From: Mycobacteriales bacterium
GTDB taxonomy: Bacteria > Actinomycetota > Actinomycetes > JAFAQI01
DNA length: 64,000 bases
Assembly: GCA_035504215.1 (NCBI GenBank)
Contig: DATJSI010000112.1
Location: 7,461 to 71,460, forward strand
Direction: 5' to 3'
The position numbers and the translations under genes are program-made. Below the pieces are notes generated by a model. The model made no database searches. It was given only the letters and a program-made list of their open reading frames with translations, and was not told where the DNA came from. Positions 1 to 8,812 of the stretch are shown piece after piece; position 1 is the stretch's first letter; the number at the start of each line of letters is the position of its first letter.

Positions 1-603
1 GACACGGTGATCCTCTATGGCGGCAACAACAACTGGTTCGCCGCGTACGCGTACTGGTACTTCAAGCTCTACGGGCACGACGCCGTGAAGCTGCTCGACG
101 GCGGACGCAAGAAGTGGGAGCTCGACAGCCGCGAGCTCGTCGACGAGGTGCCGCACCGCAAGGCGACGTCGTACACCGCGAAGGCGCCGAACAACGACAT
201 TCGCGCGTTCCGCGACGAGGTCATCGCGGCGATCGGTGTGAAGAACCTCGTCGACGTGCGCTCGCCGGATGAGTTCTCCGGCAAGCTGCTGGCCCCCGCG
301 CACCTGCCACAGGAGCAGTCCCAGCGGGCCGGTCACATCCCCACTGCGAGCAACATCCCGTGGAGTAAGGCGGCGAACGAGGACGGGACGTTCCGCGACG
401 ACGACGAGCTGAACCAGCTCTACACCGAAGCCGGCGTCGACCTGTCCAAGGACACGATCGCGTACTGCCGGATCGGTGAGCGCAGCGCGCACACGTGGTT
501 CGTCCTGCACGAGCTGCTCGGCCAGCCGAACGTCAAGAACTACGACGGTTCCTGGACGGAGTACGGCTCGCTGGTCGGCGTCCCGATCGAAAAGGACGTC
601 TGA
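1..603 (+). CDS. Thiosulfate sulfurtransferase (rhodanese, SseA/CysA-like), 5'-truncated by the window edge
   Basis: C-terminal rhodanese domain with the active-site 'CRIGERS' loop. The ORF runs to the window start. Confidence 0.8.
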   Translation, partial: DTVILYGGNNNWFAAYAYWYFKLYGHDAVKLLDGGRKKWELDSRELVDEVPHRKATSYTAKAPNNDIRAFRDEVIAAIGVKNLVDVRSPDEFSGKLLAPAHLPQEQSQRAGHIPTASNIPWSKAANEDGTFRDDDELNQLYTEAGVDLSKDTIAYCRIGERSAHTWFVLHELLGQPNVKNYDGSWTEYGSLVGVPIEKDV

Positions 604-605
604 GC

Positions 606-905
606 GTGTGCGGTTCACCGGACCAGGCGACCATCGACCGTGAGGGCATCCCTACCGGTGCGACCGTGATCCAGGGCCTGGTCTATGCCGGCGAGGCTCC
701 GGTCGCCGGGGGCTACGTCCGGCTGCTCGACTCGACCGGTGAGTTCACCGCCGAGGTCGTGACCTCGGCGACCGGTCAGTTCCGGTTCTTCGCACGCCCC
801 GGCGAGTGGACGGTGCGGGTCGTCCCCGGCGGCGGGCATGCGGCCGCGGATGAGACGGTCCAGGTCGCCGACGGGGAGATCAACGAGCTTCGCCTCGCGG
901 TGTAA
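606..905 (+). CDS. DUF1416 (SseC-like) protein
   Basis: ~99 aa with a GTG start 3 nt after the rhodanese stop. The rhodanese–DUF1416 pairing is conserved in actinobacteria (cysA2/sseC arrangement). Confidence 0.6.
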   Translation: MCGSPDQATIDREGIPTGATVIQGLVYAGEAPVAGGYVRLLDSTGEFTAEVVTSATGQFRFFARPGEWTVRVVPGGGHAAADETVQVADGEINELRLAV

Positions 906-1037
906 GTCAGGGTGCAATCGGAACGCCCAGACCCTTCGTGCCTCGTGCTGAGCGCCTTGGACCCCGGCGCCGGCATCGGTTTCCCACCGATGGCACGGAG
1001 GGTTTGGGTTGCCCTGTTCAACCCGCGCGCGGTTCGC

Positions 1038-1814
1038 TTACTTCGGTTGCATCCGGATGCCCGCGTCGAGGCGCACACACTCGGCGTTGAAGTAGTCGTT
1101 GCGCAGCATCTCGAGCGCGAGTGACGCGTACTCCTCGGCGTACCCGAGTCGCTTCGGGAACAGCACGCCGGCCCCGAGCCGTGCCTTGAACTCCTCGGCT
1201 GCCGGCCCTTCGCCGTAGATCGGCGTATCGATCAGCCCGGGCAGGATGGTGTTGACCCGGATGCCGACCACCGACAGGTCGCGGGCCACCGGCAGGGTCA
1301 TGCCGACCACTCCGCCCTTGGAGGAGGAGTACGCCGCCTGCCCGATCTGGCCGTCCTCGGCCGCAACCGACGCGGTCAGGACGATCGCCCCTCGCTGACC
1401 GTTTTCGTCGGCATCCGTCCGCCCGATCGCCGTCGCGGCGATCCGGACGCAGTCGAAGGTGCCGACCAGGTTGATCGCGATGACCTTCTTGTAGGTGTCG
1501 AGGTTGTGCGCCGTGGCGTACTCGCCGTCCTTGCCGATCGTGCGCTCCGGCCAGCCGATGCCCGCGCAGCACACCAGCGAGCGCAGCGGCGCCATGCCGG
1601 CGGCGGTGTCCACCGCGCGGATGATCGTGTCGGTGTCGGTGACGTCGGTGTGGACGAAGACACCACCGACCTCGGCGGCAAGCGCTTCGCCCTTGTCGTC
1701 CTGTACGTCGGCGACGAGGACGCCGGCGCCGTGGGACGCGAGCAACCGCGCGGTCGCGGCACCGAGACCGGAGGCCGCACCGGTCACGACGGCTGAGGTT
1801 CCCTGCAGGTCCAT
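1038..1814 (-). CDS. SDR family oxidoreductase (3-hydroxyacyl-CoA dehydrogenase type 2-like)
   Basis: N-terminal TGAASGLG Rossmann motif and a YxxxK catalytic signature (AAYSSSK). Confidence 0.85.
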   Translation of the reverse strand: MDLQGTSAVVTGAASGLGAATARLLASHGAGVLVADVQDDKGEALAAEVGGVFVHTDVTDTDTIIRAVDTAAGMAPLRSLVCCAGIGWPERTIGKDGEYATAHNLDTYKKVIAINLVGTFDCVRIAATAIGRTDADENGQRGAIVLTASVAAEDGQIGQAAYSSSKGGVVGMTLPVARDLSVVGIRVNTILPGLIDTPIYGEGPAAEEFKARLGAGVLFPKRLGYAEEYASLALEMLRNDYFNAECVRLDAGIRMQPK

Positions 1815-1983
1815 GCGGCGAACCTAGCGTCTGCGCCGAGTCCGCGCGGTGCCGGGCGAGCCGGCCGGTTCGTCCGTTGGGGCGAGCAGTGCGCGACCGA
1901 ATGGCGCAACCGGCGTCGTGAGCACCGATCCGGCCGCGGTTCGGCGGCACGTGGCCGCTGAGTCGATCTAGTCTGTAGGGCCT

Positions 1984-2895
1984 ATGACAGCGCCACAGAC
2001 GTACGAGCTCAGCTCGCTGCAGGCGCTCGAATCCGAGTCGATCCACATCTTTCGTGAGGTCGCGGCGGAGTTCGAGCGTCCCGTTCTTCTGTTCAGCGGC
2101 GGCAAGGACTCGGTCGTCATGCTGCACATCGCGTCGAAGGCGTTCTGGCCGGCGCCGATCCCGTTCCCGGTCATGCACGTCGACACCGGCCACAACTTCC
2201 CCGAGGTGCTCGAGTTCCGGGACAGCACGGTGGAGCGGCTCGGCCTGCGGCTCGTCGTCGCCAAGGTCGAGGACTCGATTGCCGCCGGGCGGGTCAAGGA
2301 GCGTCCGGACGGCATTCGCAACCCGCTGCAGACCGTGACATTGCTCGACGCGATCAACGACAACGAGTTCGACGCGGTGTTCGGCGGTGCGCGCCGCGAC
2401 GAGGAGAAGGCGCGGGCGAAGGAGCGGGTGTACAGCTTCCGCGACGAGTTCGGCCAGTGGGACCCGAAGAACCAGCGTCCCGAGCTGTGGTCGCTCTACA
2501 ACGGCCGCCATCACAAGGGCGAGCACATCCGGATCTTCCCGTTGTCGAACTGGACCGAGCTCGACATCTGGAGCTACCTGTCGGCGGAGAACGTCGAGCT
2601 GCCGAGCATCTACTTCGCGCACGAGCGCGAGGTCTTCATGCGCAACGGAATGTGGCTCCCTGTGAGCGAGTACACGATGCCGCGAGAGAGCGAAGAGATC
2701 GTGAGGTTGACGGTGCGCTACCGCACCGTCGGCGACATCCCGGTGACGGGTGCGGTCGAGTCGACTGCGGCGAACTACGACGACGTCATCGCGGAGGTGG
2801 CGGCAACCCGCATCACCGAGCGCGGCGCGACGCGCGCCGACGACCGGCTGAGCGAAGCCGCCATGGAGGATCGCAAGCGCGAGGGCTATTTCTGA
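1984..2895 (+). CDS. cysD: Sulfate adenylyltransferase subunit 2
   Basis: PAPS-reductase-like PP-loop 'LFSGGKDS'. Full-length similarity to CysD. Confidence 0.95.
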   Translation: MTAPQTYELSSLQALESESIHIFREVAAEFERPVLLFSGGKDSVVMLHIASKAFWPAPIPFPVMHVDTGHNFPEVLEFRDSTVERLGLRLVVAKVEDSIAAGRVKERPDGIRNPLQTVTLLDAINDNEFDAVFGGARRDEEKARAKERVYSFRDEFGQWDPKNQRPELWSLYNGRHHKGEHIRIFPLSNWTELDIWSYLSAENVELPSIYFAHEREVFMRNGMWLPVSEYTMPRESEEIVRLTVRYRTVGDIPVTGAVESTAANYDDVIAEVAATRITERGATRADDRLSEAAMEDRKREGYF

Positions 2896-2911
2896 TGGGG
2901 CTGCTGTTCTG

Positions 2912-4153
2912 ATGGAACTGCTGAGGTTCGCGACTGCCGGAAGTGTCGATGACGGGAAGTCGACGCTGATCGGCCGGTTGCTCTACGACACCAAGTCGAT
3001 CTTCGAGGACCAGCTCGAGGCGGTCGAGCGCACATCGCGCGACCGTGGCGACGAGCACGTCAACCTTGCGTTGCTCACCGACGGCCTGCGGGCCGAGCGC
3101 GAGCAGGGCATCACGATCGACGTCGCCTACCGCTACTTTGCAACACCCAAGCGTTCGTTCATCATCGCGGACACCCCGGGACACGTGCAGTACACCCGCA
3201 ACATGGTGACCGGCGCATCGACCGCAAGCCTGGCCCTGGTGCTCGTCGACGCTCGCAACGGCATCGTCGAGCAGTCGCGCCGGCACGCCTTTCTCGCTTC
3301 GCTGCTTCGCGTGCCGCACCTGGTGCTCTGCATCAACAAGATGGACCTCGTCGACTACGACGAGAGCGTCTTCAACCGGCTCAAGGACGAGTTCCGCTCG
3401 TTCGCCACCAAGCTCGATGTCAGCGATCTCTCGTTCATCCCGATCAGCGCGCTGCACGGCGACAACGTCGTCCACCGCTCCGAGAACATGCCGTGGTACT
3501 CCGGCTCCTCGCTGCTGCATCACCTCGAGGACGTCTACATCGCGAGCGACCGCAACCTGATCGACGTACGGTTCCCGGTCCAGTACGTGATCCGCCCGCA
3601 GTCCTCGGCGTACCCGGACTACCGCGGCTATGCCGGCCAGGTCGCCGGTGGTGTGCTCAAGCCCGGTGATGACGTCATCGTTCTGCCGAGCGGCCTGCGC
3701 TCGACCATCGAGGCCATCGACACGGCCGACGGACCGGTCGACGAGGCGTTCCCGCCGATGTCGGTGACGGTCCGCCTCACCGACAACATCGACGTCTCTC
3801 GTGGCGACATGATCTGCCGGCCGCACAACCAGCCTCGATCGACCCAGGACGTCGATGCCATGGTGTGCTGGCTCACCGACGAGCCGCTGCGACTGCGCGG
3901 CATGTACACCGTCAAGCACACGACGCGCACCGCCCGGGCTCAGATCCGCGAGGTCGACTACCGCATCGACGTCAACACGCTGCATCGCGACGAGTCGGCG
4001 GACTCCTTGTCGCTCAACGAGATCGGCCGGATCCGGCTGCGGACCACGCAGCCGCTGTTCGTCGATGAGTACCGCCGCAACCGCACCACCGGCTCGTTCC
4101 TCGTCATCGACGAAGGATCGGGTGCCACGGTCGGTGCAGCGATGGTGCTCTGA
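2912..4153 (+). CDS. cysN: Sulfate adenylyltransferase subunit 1 (GTPase), not fused to an APS kinase
   Basis: G1 'GSVDDGKST', 'DTPGH' and 'NKMD' GTPase motifs. 413 aa, so no fused CysC domain. Confidence 0.93.
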   Translation: MELLRFATAGSVDDGKSTLIGRLLYDTKSIFEDQLEAVERTSRDRGDEHVNLALLTDGLRAEREQGITIDVAYRYFATPKRSFIIADTPGHVQYTRNMVTGASTASLALVLVDARNGIVEQSRRHAFLASLLRVPHLVLCINKMDLVDYDESVFNRLKDEFRSFATKLDVSDLSFIPISALHGDNVVHRSENMPWYSGSSLLHHLEDVYIASDRNLIDVRFPVQYVIRPQSSAYPDYRGYAGQVAGGVLKPGDDVIVLPSGLRSTIEAIDTADGPVDEAFPPMSVTVRLTDNIDVSRGDMICRPHNQPRSTQDVDAMVCWLTDEPLRLRGMYTVKHTTRTARAQIREVDYRIDVNTLHRDESADSLSLNEIGRIRLRTTQPLFVDEYRRNRTTGSFLVIDEGSGATVGAAMVL

Positions 4154-4203
4154 GCCTTGCCCAAACACCCACGCCCGGTAGACGGCGCCGATCGGCGGTC
4201 AGC

Positions 4204-4968
4204 ATGAGCAGCCCGGACCAGCGATCGGACGCCGAGCTCGCTCGAGACCTCGCTATCGCATCGGGCCAGCTCCTGCTCGGCCTGCGGGACGAGCTCGGCT
4301 TCGACGATCCCTGGCGGCTTCGCGACGCGGGCGACCAACGGTCCAACGTGTTGCTGACCGAGGCCCTCGCCAAGGCCCGCCCCGATGACATCGTCCTGTC
4401 GGAGGAGTCCGCGGATGACCCCCGGCGGCTCGAGGCGGATCGGGTCTGGATCGTGGATCCGCTGGACGGCACCACCGAGTTCGGCGAGCCGGGCCGCACC
4501 GACTGGGCGGTGCACGTCGCGCTCTGGCAGCGCGGGGCCGGGCTGGTCGACGGAGCGGTGGCGCTGCCCGCCCGCGGGATGACGCTGTCGACCGCCGACC
4601 CACTGCCTGCGCTTCCCGTCCCTCACGACCCACCGCGGCTCGCGGTCAGCCGGACGCGGCGCCCGGCCTGGGTGGTCGAGGTCGCCGATCTCGTCGGTGG
4701 CGAGCTCACGCCGATCGGCAGTGCGGGCATGAAGGCGATGTCGATCCTGCTCGGCGAGGCCGATGCGTACCTGCACAGCGGGCCGATGAAGGAGTGGGAC
4801 TCCGCGGCGCCGGTCGTCGTGGCCACGCGGGCCGGACTCGACGTGAGCGATCTCGCCGGAACCCCGCTGGAGTTCAACAAGCCGTCCCGGCTGACCGACC
4901 GGTTGCTGATCTGCCAACCCGCGCTGAGGGGCCGCCTGCTCGACGCGGTCGGCGAGGTCGAGATCTAG
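4204..4968 (+). CDS. cysQ: 3'(2'),5'-bisphosphate nucleotidase (inositol monophosphatase family)
   Basis: 'WIVDPLDGT' metal-binding motif. It sits between cysN and cysC. Confidence 0.8.
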   Translation: MSSPDQRSDAELARDLAIASGQLLLGLRDELGFDDPWRLRDAGDQRSNVLLTEALAKARPDDIVLSEESADDPRRLEADRVWIVDPLDGTTEFGEPGRTDWAVHVALWQRGAGLVDGAVALPARGMTLSTADPLPALPVPHDPPRLAVSRTRRPAWVVEVADLVGGELTPIGSAGMKAMSILLGEADAYLHSGPMKEWDSAAPVVVATRAGLDVSDLAGTPLEFNKPSRLTDRLLICQPALRGRLLDAVGEVEI

Positions 4969-5957
4969 GCGCGTCGCTCCAACACCCCGAGGATCCGCTC
5001 GACCGCGTCGGCTACGGCCACCTCGGTCGTGTCGATGACGAGATCCGCGTCCTCAGGCGGCTCGTAGGGATCGTTGACCCCCGTGAAGGCCGTGATCTCG
5101 CCGGCTCGAGCCTTGGCGTACAGGCCCTTCACGTCCCGACGTTCGCACTCCTCGATCGGCGTCGAGATCCACACCAGGACGAACGAGCCGGGGCCGCCGG
5201 CGGCATCGACCGCCCGTCGTACCCATTGCCGGGTTTCGTCGTACGGCGCAATGGGCGCGCACACGGCGAGGCCGCCGTGCTTGGTCACCTCGGCAGCGAC
5301 CCAGCCGATCCGCCGGATGTTGATGTCGCGGTCCTCGCGCGAGAAGCCCAGCCCCCGGGACAGGTGCGTCCGCACGACATCTCCGTCGAGCAGCGTGACG
5401 GTGCGCGCCGTCCCGATGCGTTCGACCAGTGCACGGGCAATCGTCGACTTTCCGGAGCCGGAGAAACCGGTCAGCAGGATGGTGCGGCCATCGCCCGTGG
5501 GCTGGGGCACCGTCTCGATCTCGATCTGCGGGCCGCTGGAGTACGCCGCGGCCAGCTCGGCGGCGCGAGCCGCCGCTTCGGCCGGCTCGACGGGGATGGG
5601 GACGACCTCGCCCGCGTGCTCGGACCACGCGGTCGACCAGGCGATGTGCCGGGCATCGTCGGGGCGGACGCCGGCGGCGGGCAGGAGCAGCAGGCACTCC
5701 GCGGGGACGGAGCCGGCCGGGAGCCGGCCATCGACGGCGACAACCACCGGTTGCTCGCTCGCCACGTCCATCGGGTGCCGCCAGGCGGAGGCGGCCAGCG
5801 CGGCGATTCCGTTGTCCTCGCGCCGGGCGACCGGGGTGCCCTCCTCGTCCAGGTAGACGTCCCCGACGTCGCCGGGCAGCATCGCGCGCGGCGCCAGCCC
5901 GATCAGGATCTGGTCGAGCCGCGCCCGCTCGGCGACGCCGAGGGTGATCTGAGCCAT
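4965..5957 (-). CDS. cysC: Adenylyl-sulfate kinase with a ~150-aa N-terminal extension of unknown function
   Basis: The C-terminal 180 aa carry the P-loop 'GFSGSGKST' plus the 'LLDGD…LGF' and 'NIRR' APS-kinase motifs. The N-terminal 150 aa are unrecognised. There is a 4-nt overlap with cysQ in convergent orientation. Confidence 0.85.
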   Translation of the reverse strand: MAQITLGVAERARLDQILIGLAPRAMLPGDVGDVYLDEEGTPVARREDNGIAALAASAWRHPMDVASEQPVVVAVDGRLPAGSVPAECLLLLPAAGVRPDDARHIAWSTAWSEHAGEVVPIPVEPAEAAARAAELAAAYSSGPQIEIETVPQPTGDGRTILLTGFSGSGKSTIARALVERIGTARTVTLLDGDVVRTHLSRGLGFSREDRDINIRRIGWVAAEVTKHGGLAVCAPIAPYDETRQWVRRAVDAAGGPGSFVLVWISTPIEECERRDVKGLYAKARAGEITAFTGVNDPYEPPEDADLVIDTTEVAVADAVERILGVLERRA

Positions 5958-6007
5958 CGCCGCACAGTAGTCGGCCGGACCGGTCGACGAGCGGCGACCG
6001 CATCCCG

Positions 6008-7183
6008 GTGACCCGGACGCGCTCCTGGCAGACTGCCGTCGTGGACTTCTCCATCACCGACGAACAGCGGGCGTTTCGCGCGAGTGTCCGTGAATGGGCC
6101 GTGGCGACGGTCGCACCGGGTGCGGCCGAACGCGACCGCGAAGGCCGCTGGGATCCGGGCGTCTGGAAGTCCTTCGCCGCGCAGGGCCTCGCCGGGCTGC
6201 CGATCCCCGAGGAGTACGGCGGCGCCGGCGCGTCGATCGTGGACTGCCTGATCGCCAACGAGGCGATCGGCGAGGGCGGCCGCGACGGCGGGTTCAACCT
6301 GTCGCTCGGTGCGCACTGGGTGATCGGGTCGGTGCCGATCTGGCTGCACGGCACCGAGGAGCAGAAGCGCCGCTGGCTGCCCGGCCTCTGCGACGGCTCG
6401 CTGATCGGGGCCTGGGCGTCGACCGAGCCCGAGGCGGGTTCCGACTCGGCGGGGTTGCTGACGACCGCCGTACCGGATGGCGACAACTGGGTGCTCAACG
6501 GCAACAAGATGTTCATCACCAACGGCCCGATCGCGGACGTGTGCACCGTGCTGGCGAAGACCGGCGACAACGCGGCAAGTGCGTTCATCGTCGATACCGG
6601 TACGCCGGGCTTTCGCGTGGGACGCGAGCTGGACAAGATGGGCTGCCGATCCTCGCCGACCGCTGAGATCGCGCTGGTCGACTGCCGGGTGCCGGCGGAT
6701 GCGTTGCTCGGGACCGAAGGCACGGCGCTCTGGCAGATCGCGTTCGAGTGCTTCGACTGGGAACGCACCGTGATGATGGGCGGCGCTCTCGGCGGGATGC
6801 AGGCGACGCTCGACGCGTCGGTCGCCTATGCCAAGGAGCGCAACCAGTTCGGCCGGCCGATCGCGTCGTTCCAGGCGGTCGCGCACAAGCTCGCCGAGAT
6901 GAAGGTGCGGCTCGAGACCTGCCGAACGGCGGTCTACCGGGCGACGTACCTCAAACAAGCGGGCGCAGAGCATCAGATGGAGGCGTCGATCGCCAAGTAC
7001 CTGGTCGGGGAGCTGAGCGTGCAGAACGCCCTGGACGCGATCCAGATCCACGGCGGCTACGGCTACCTGCGTGACTTCGGCGTCGAGCGCGCGCTGCGCG
7101 ACGCGAAGCTCGGCTCGATCGGCGGCGGGACGGCCGAGATCCAGAAGCTCATCATCAGCCGGTTGCTGCTCGGTGAGCGATGA
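6008..7183 (+). CDS. Acyl-CoA dehydrogenase
   Basis: ACAD fold with the 'GGYGY' C-terminal signature. Confidence 0.9.
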   Translation: MTRTRSWQTAVVDFSITDEQRAFRASVREWAVATVAPGAAERDREGRWDPGVWKSFAAQGLAGLPIPEEYGGAGASIVDCLIANEAIGEGGRDGGFNLSLGAHWVIGSVPIWLHGTEEQKRRWLPGLCDGSLIGAWASTEPEAGSDSAGLLTTAVPDGDNWVLNGNKMFITNGPIADVCTVLAKTGDNAASAFIVDTGTPGFRVGRELDKMGCRSSPTAEIALVDCRVPADALLGTEGTALWQIAFECFDWERTVMMGGALGGMQATLDASVAYAKERNQFGRPIASFQAVAHKLAEMKVRLETCRTAVYRATYLKQAGAEHQMEASIAKYLVGELSVQNALDAIQIHGGYGYLRDFGVERALRDAKLGSIGGGTAEIQKLIISRLLLGER

Positions 7184-7686
7184 CGTACGCCGGCGACCCG
7201 ATCGGTCCGCTCAGCTTCCTGATCGGAACCTGGATGGGCGAGGGAGTGGGCGCGGTGCCGGGCGGCGGTGGCGCCGACTACCCGTACGCCGAGGTGCTGC
7301 GGATCGAGCCGGACGGCTCCTCGGTGCTCGCCTACCACTCGCAGCTCGCCTCGGTCGAGGACGGCAGCTGGCTGCACGCGGAGGCGGGCTGGCTGCGGGC
7401 GCAGGAGCCCGAGGACGGCGGGCCGGTGACCGTCGAGCTGGTGATCGCACGCCCGACCGGGGTGACGGAGGTCCTGATCGGCCACATCGTGGACGGTCCG
7501 GCCGGGTCCCATGTCGAGCTGGCGAGCGACGTGGTCGCACGGACACCCACCGCGCCCGCGATCACCGCGGACAAGCGGATGTATGCGGTGCGCGGCGGCA
7601 AGCTGCTCTACGCAATCGACCTGGCGGCCGGCGAGTCGGGACTCGCCCCGCACCTCGCGGCCGCTCTCGACCGCCACTCCGACTGA
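7180..7686 (+). CDS. FABP-family / nitrobindin-like heme-binding beta-barrel protein (DUF1794)
   Basis: N-terminal 'LSFLIGTWMGEG' motif typical of THAP4/nitrobindin-like proteins. 4-nt overlap with the upstream ACAD gene. Confidence 0.7.
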   Translation: MTYAGDPIGPLSFLIGTWMGEGVGAVPGGGGADYPYAEVLRIEPDGSSVLAYHSQLASVEDGSWLHAEAGWLRAQEPEDGGPVTVELVIARPTGVTEVLIGHIVDGPAGSHVELASDVVARTPTAPAITADKRMYAVRGGKLLYAIDLAAGESGLAPHLAAALDRHSD

Positions 7687-7713
7687 CTCGGCGCCGGCCG
7701 GCCTCGGATCCGG

Positions 7714-8709
7714 TCAGCTTCCGAGGACGTCCTTGCGTACGGCGAACCACTCGAGGGTGTCGCGGATGCCATCCTCGATCGATCGATCGGCCCGCCACTG
7801 CAGCAGCTCGTTGGCCCGACCGCTCCGGGTGTACGCACCCGCGCCGTCACCCGGACGTGGCCCGGTCTCTGCGCCCGCAACAGGGGTCGGCGACACGGTG
7901 TTGAACGCATCGAGGAGCTCGCGGACCGTCGTCCCTTGCCCGGTTCCGAGATTGATCGCCAACGACCCGTGCCGGCCCGGAAGGATGTCGTCGAAGTGGT
8001 TCAGTGCCGCGACGTGTGCGGCAGCGAGATCCCAGACGTGGATGTAGTCGCGGATGCCCGTGCCGTCCCGGGTCGGGTAGTCGGTCCCCGTGATCGGGAA
8101 CTCCTGACCGCTCTGCATCGCCTCGATCATCTTGCCGAGCGCATGGGTGGGTTTGGGCAGAGCGAGCCCGGTTCGAAGCTGCGGATCGGCGCCGATCGGG
8201 TTGAAGTAGCGCAGCGACAACACGCGGATCGGCTGCGTGGCGGCGATGTCCGCGAACATGCCTTCGCACACCGCCTTGGTCCGGGCGTACGGGCTGGTCG
8301 GGCCCAGCGCGGCATCCTCGTCGACGGTGAAGTCGTCGTTGACGGCGTAGATCGACGCCGACGAGCTGAAGATCACCCGGCCGCAGCCGTTGCGGAGCAG
8401 GGACGCGAACAGCCGCAGGCTCTTGCAGACGTTCGCCTGGTAGTACCCAATCGGGTCGGCGACGGAGTCGGGGACCACGATCAGCGCGGCGCAGTGGACG
8501 ACCGCGGCGATGTCGGGGTGTTCCGCGAACACCCGGTCGATCAGCGCGTCGTCGGCGATGTCGCCTTCGTAGAACGGGCGGTCGAGGGCGAACTCCCGCC
8601 GTCCGGTGACCAGGCTGTCCACGATCACCGGCTCGATGCCCGCATCCACACAGGCCGAGCCGATCGTGCTGCCGATGTAGCCCGCGCCCCCCGTGATCAA
8701 GACCTTCAT
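7714..8709 (-). CDS. galE: UDP-glucose 4-epimerase
   Basis: 'MKVLITGGAGYIGS' Rossmann motif and 'YxxxK' (SPYARTK). The start was moved to the internal ATG 30 codons into the ORF. Confidence 0.9.
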   Translation of the reverse strand: MKVLITGGAGYIGSTIGSACVDAGIEPVIVDSLVTGRREFALDRPFYEGDIADDALIDRVFAEHPDIAAVVHCAALIVVPDSVADPIGYYQANVCKSLRLFASLLRNGCGRVIFSSSASIYAVNDDFTVDEDAALGPTSPYARTKAVCEGMFADIAATQPIRVLSLRYFNPIGADPQLRTGLALPKPTHALGKMIEAMQSGQEFPITGTDYPTRDGTGIRDYIHVWDLAAAHVAALNHFDDILPGRHGSLAINLGTGQGTTVRELLDAFNTVSPTPVAGAETGPRPGDGAGAYTRSGRANELLQWRADRSIEDGIRDTLEWFAVRKDVLGS

Positions 8710-8812
8710 CGCCCGGACTCTAGTGCGTGCGCGGCGCCCGGATTGCCCGGATTGGCGGCGGTCGGGACGTAAGGCCGGGCTGGATCCCTGCCGACACACC
8801 TGGTAACAAGCG

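Noticed and set aside
1018-2622. 534-aa minus-strand ORF (Arg/Pro-rich) spanning the SDR and cysD region
   Set aside because: Antisense to two well-supported genes. Extreme Arg/Pro/Gly composition typical of out-of-frame translation in high-GC DNA.
2813-4168. 451-aa minus-strand ORF antisense to cysN
   Set aside because: Completely overlaps the confidently identified cysN. No recognisable domains.
5053-6768. 571-aa minus-strand ORF and 405-aa plus ORF (4794..6011) overlapping cysC and the acyl-CoA dehydrogenase
   Set aside because: Low-complexity Arg/Ala/Pro-rich translations overlapping genes with clear motifs on the other strand or frame.
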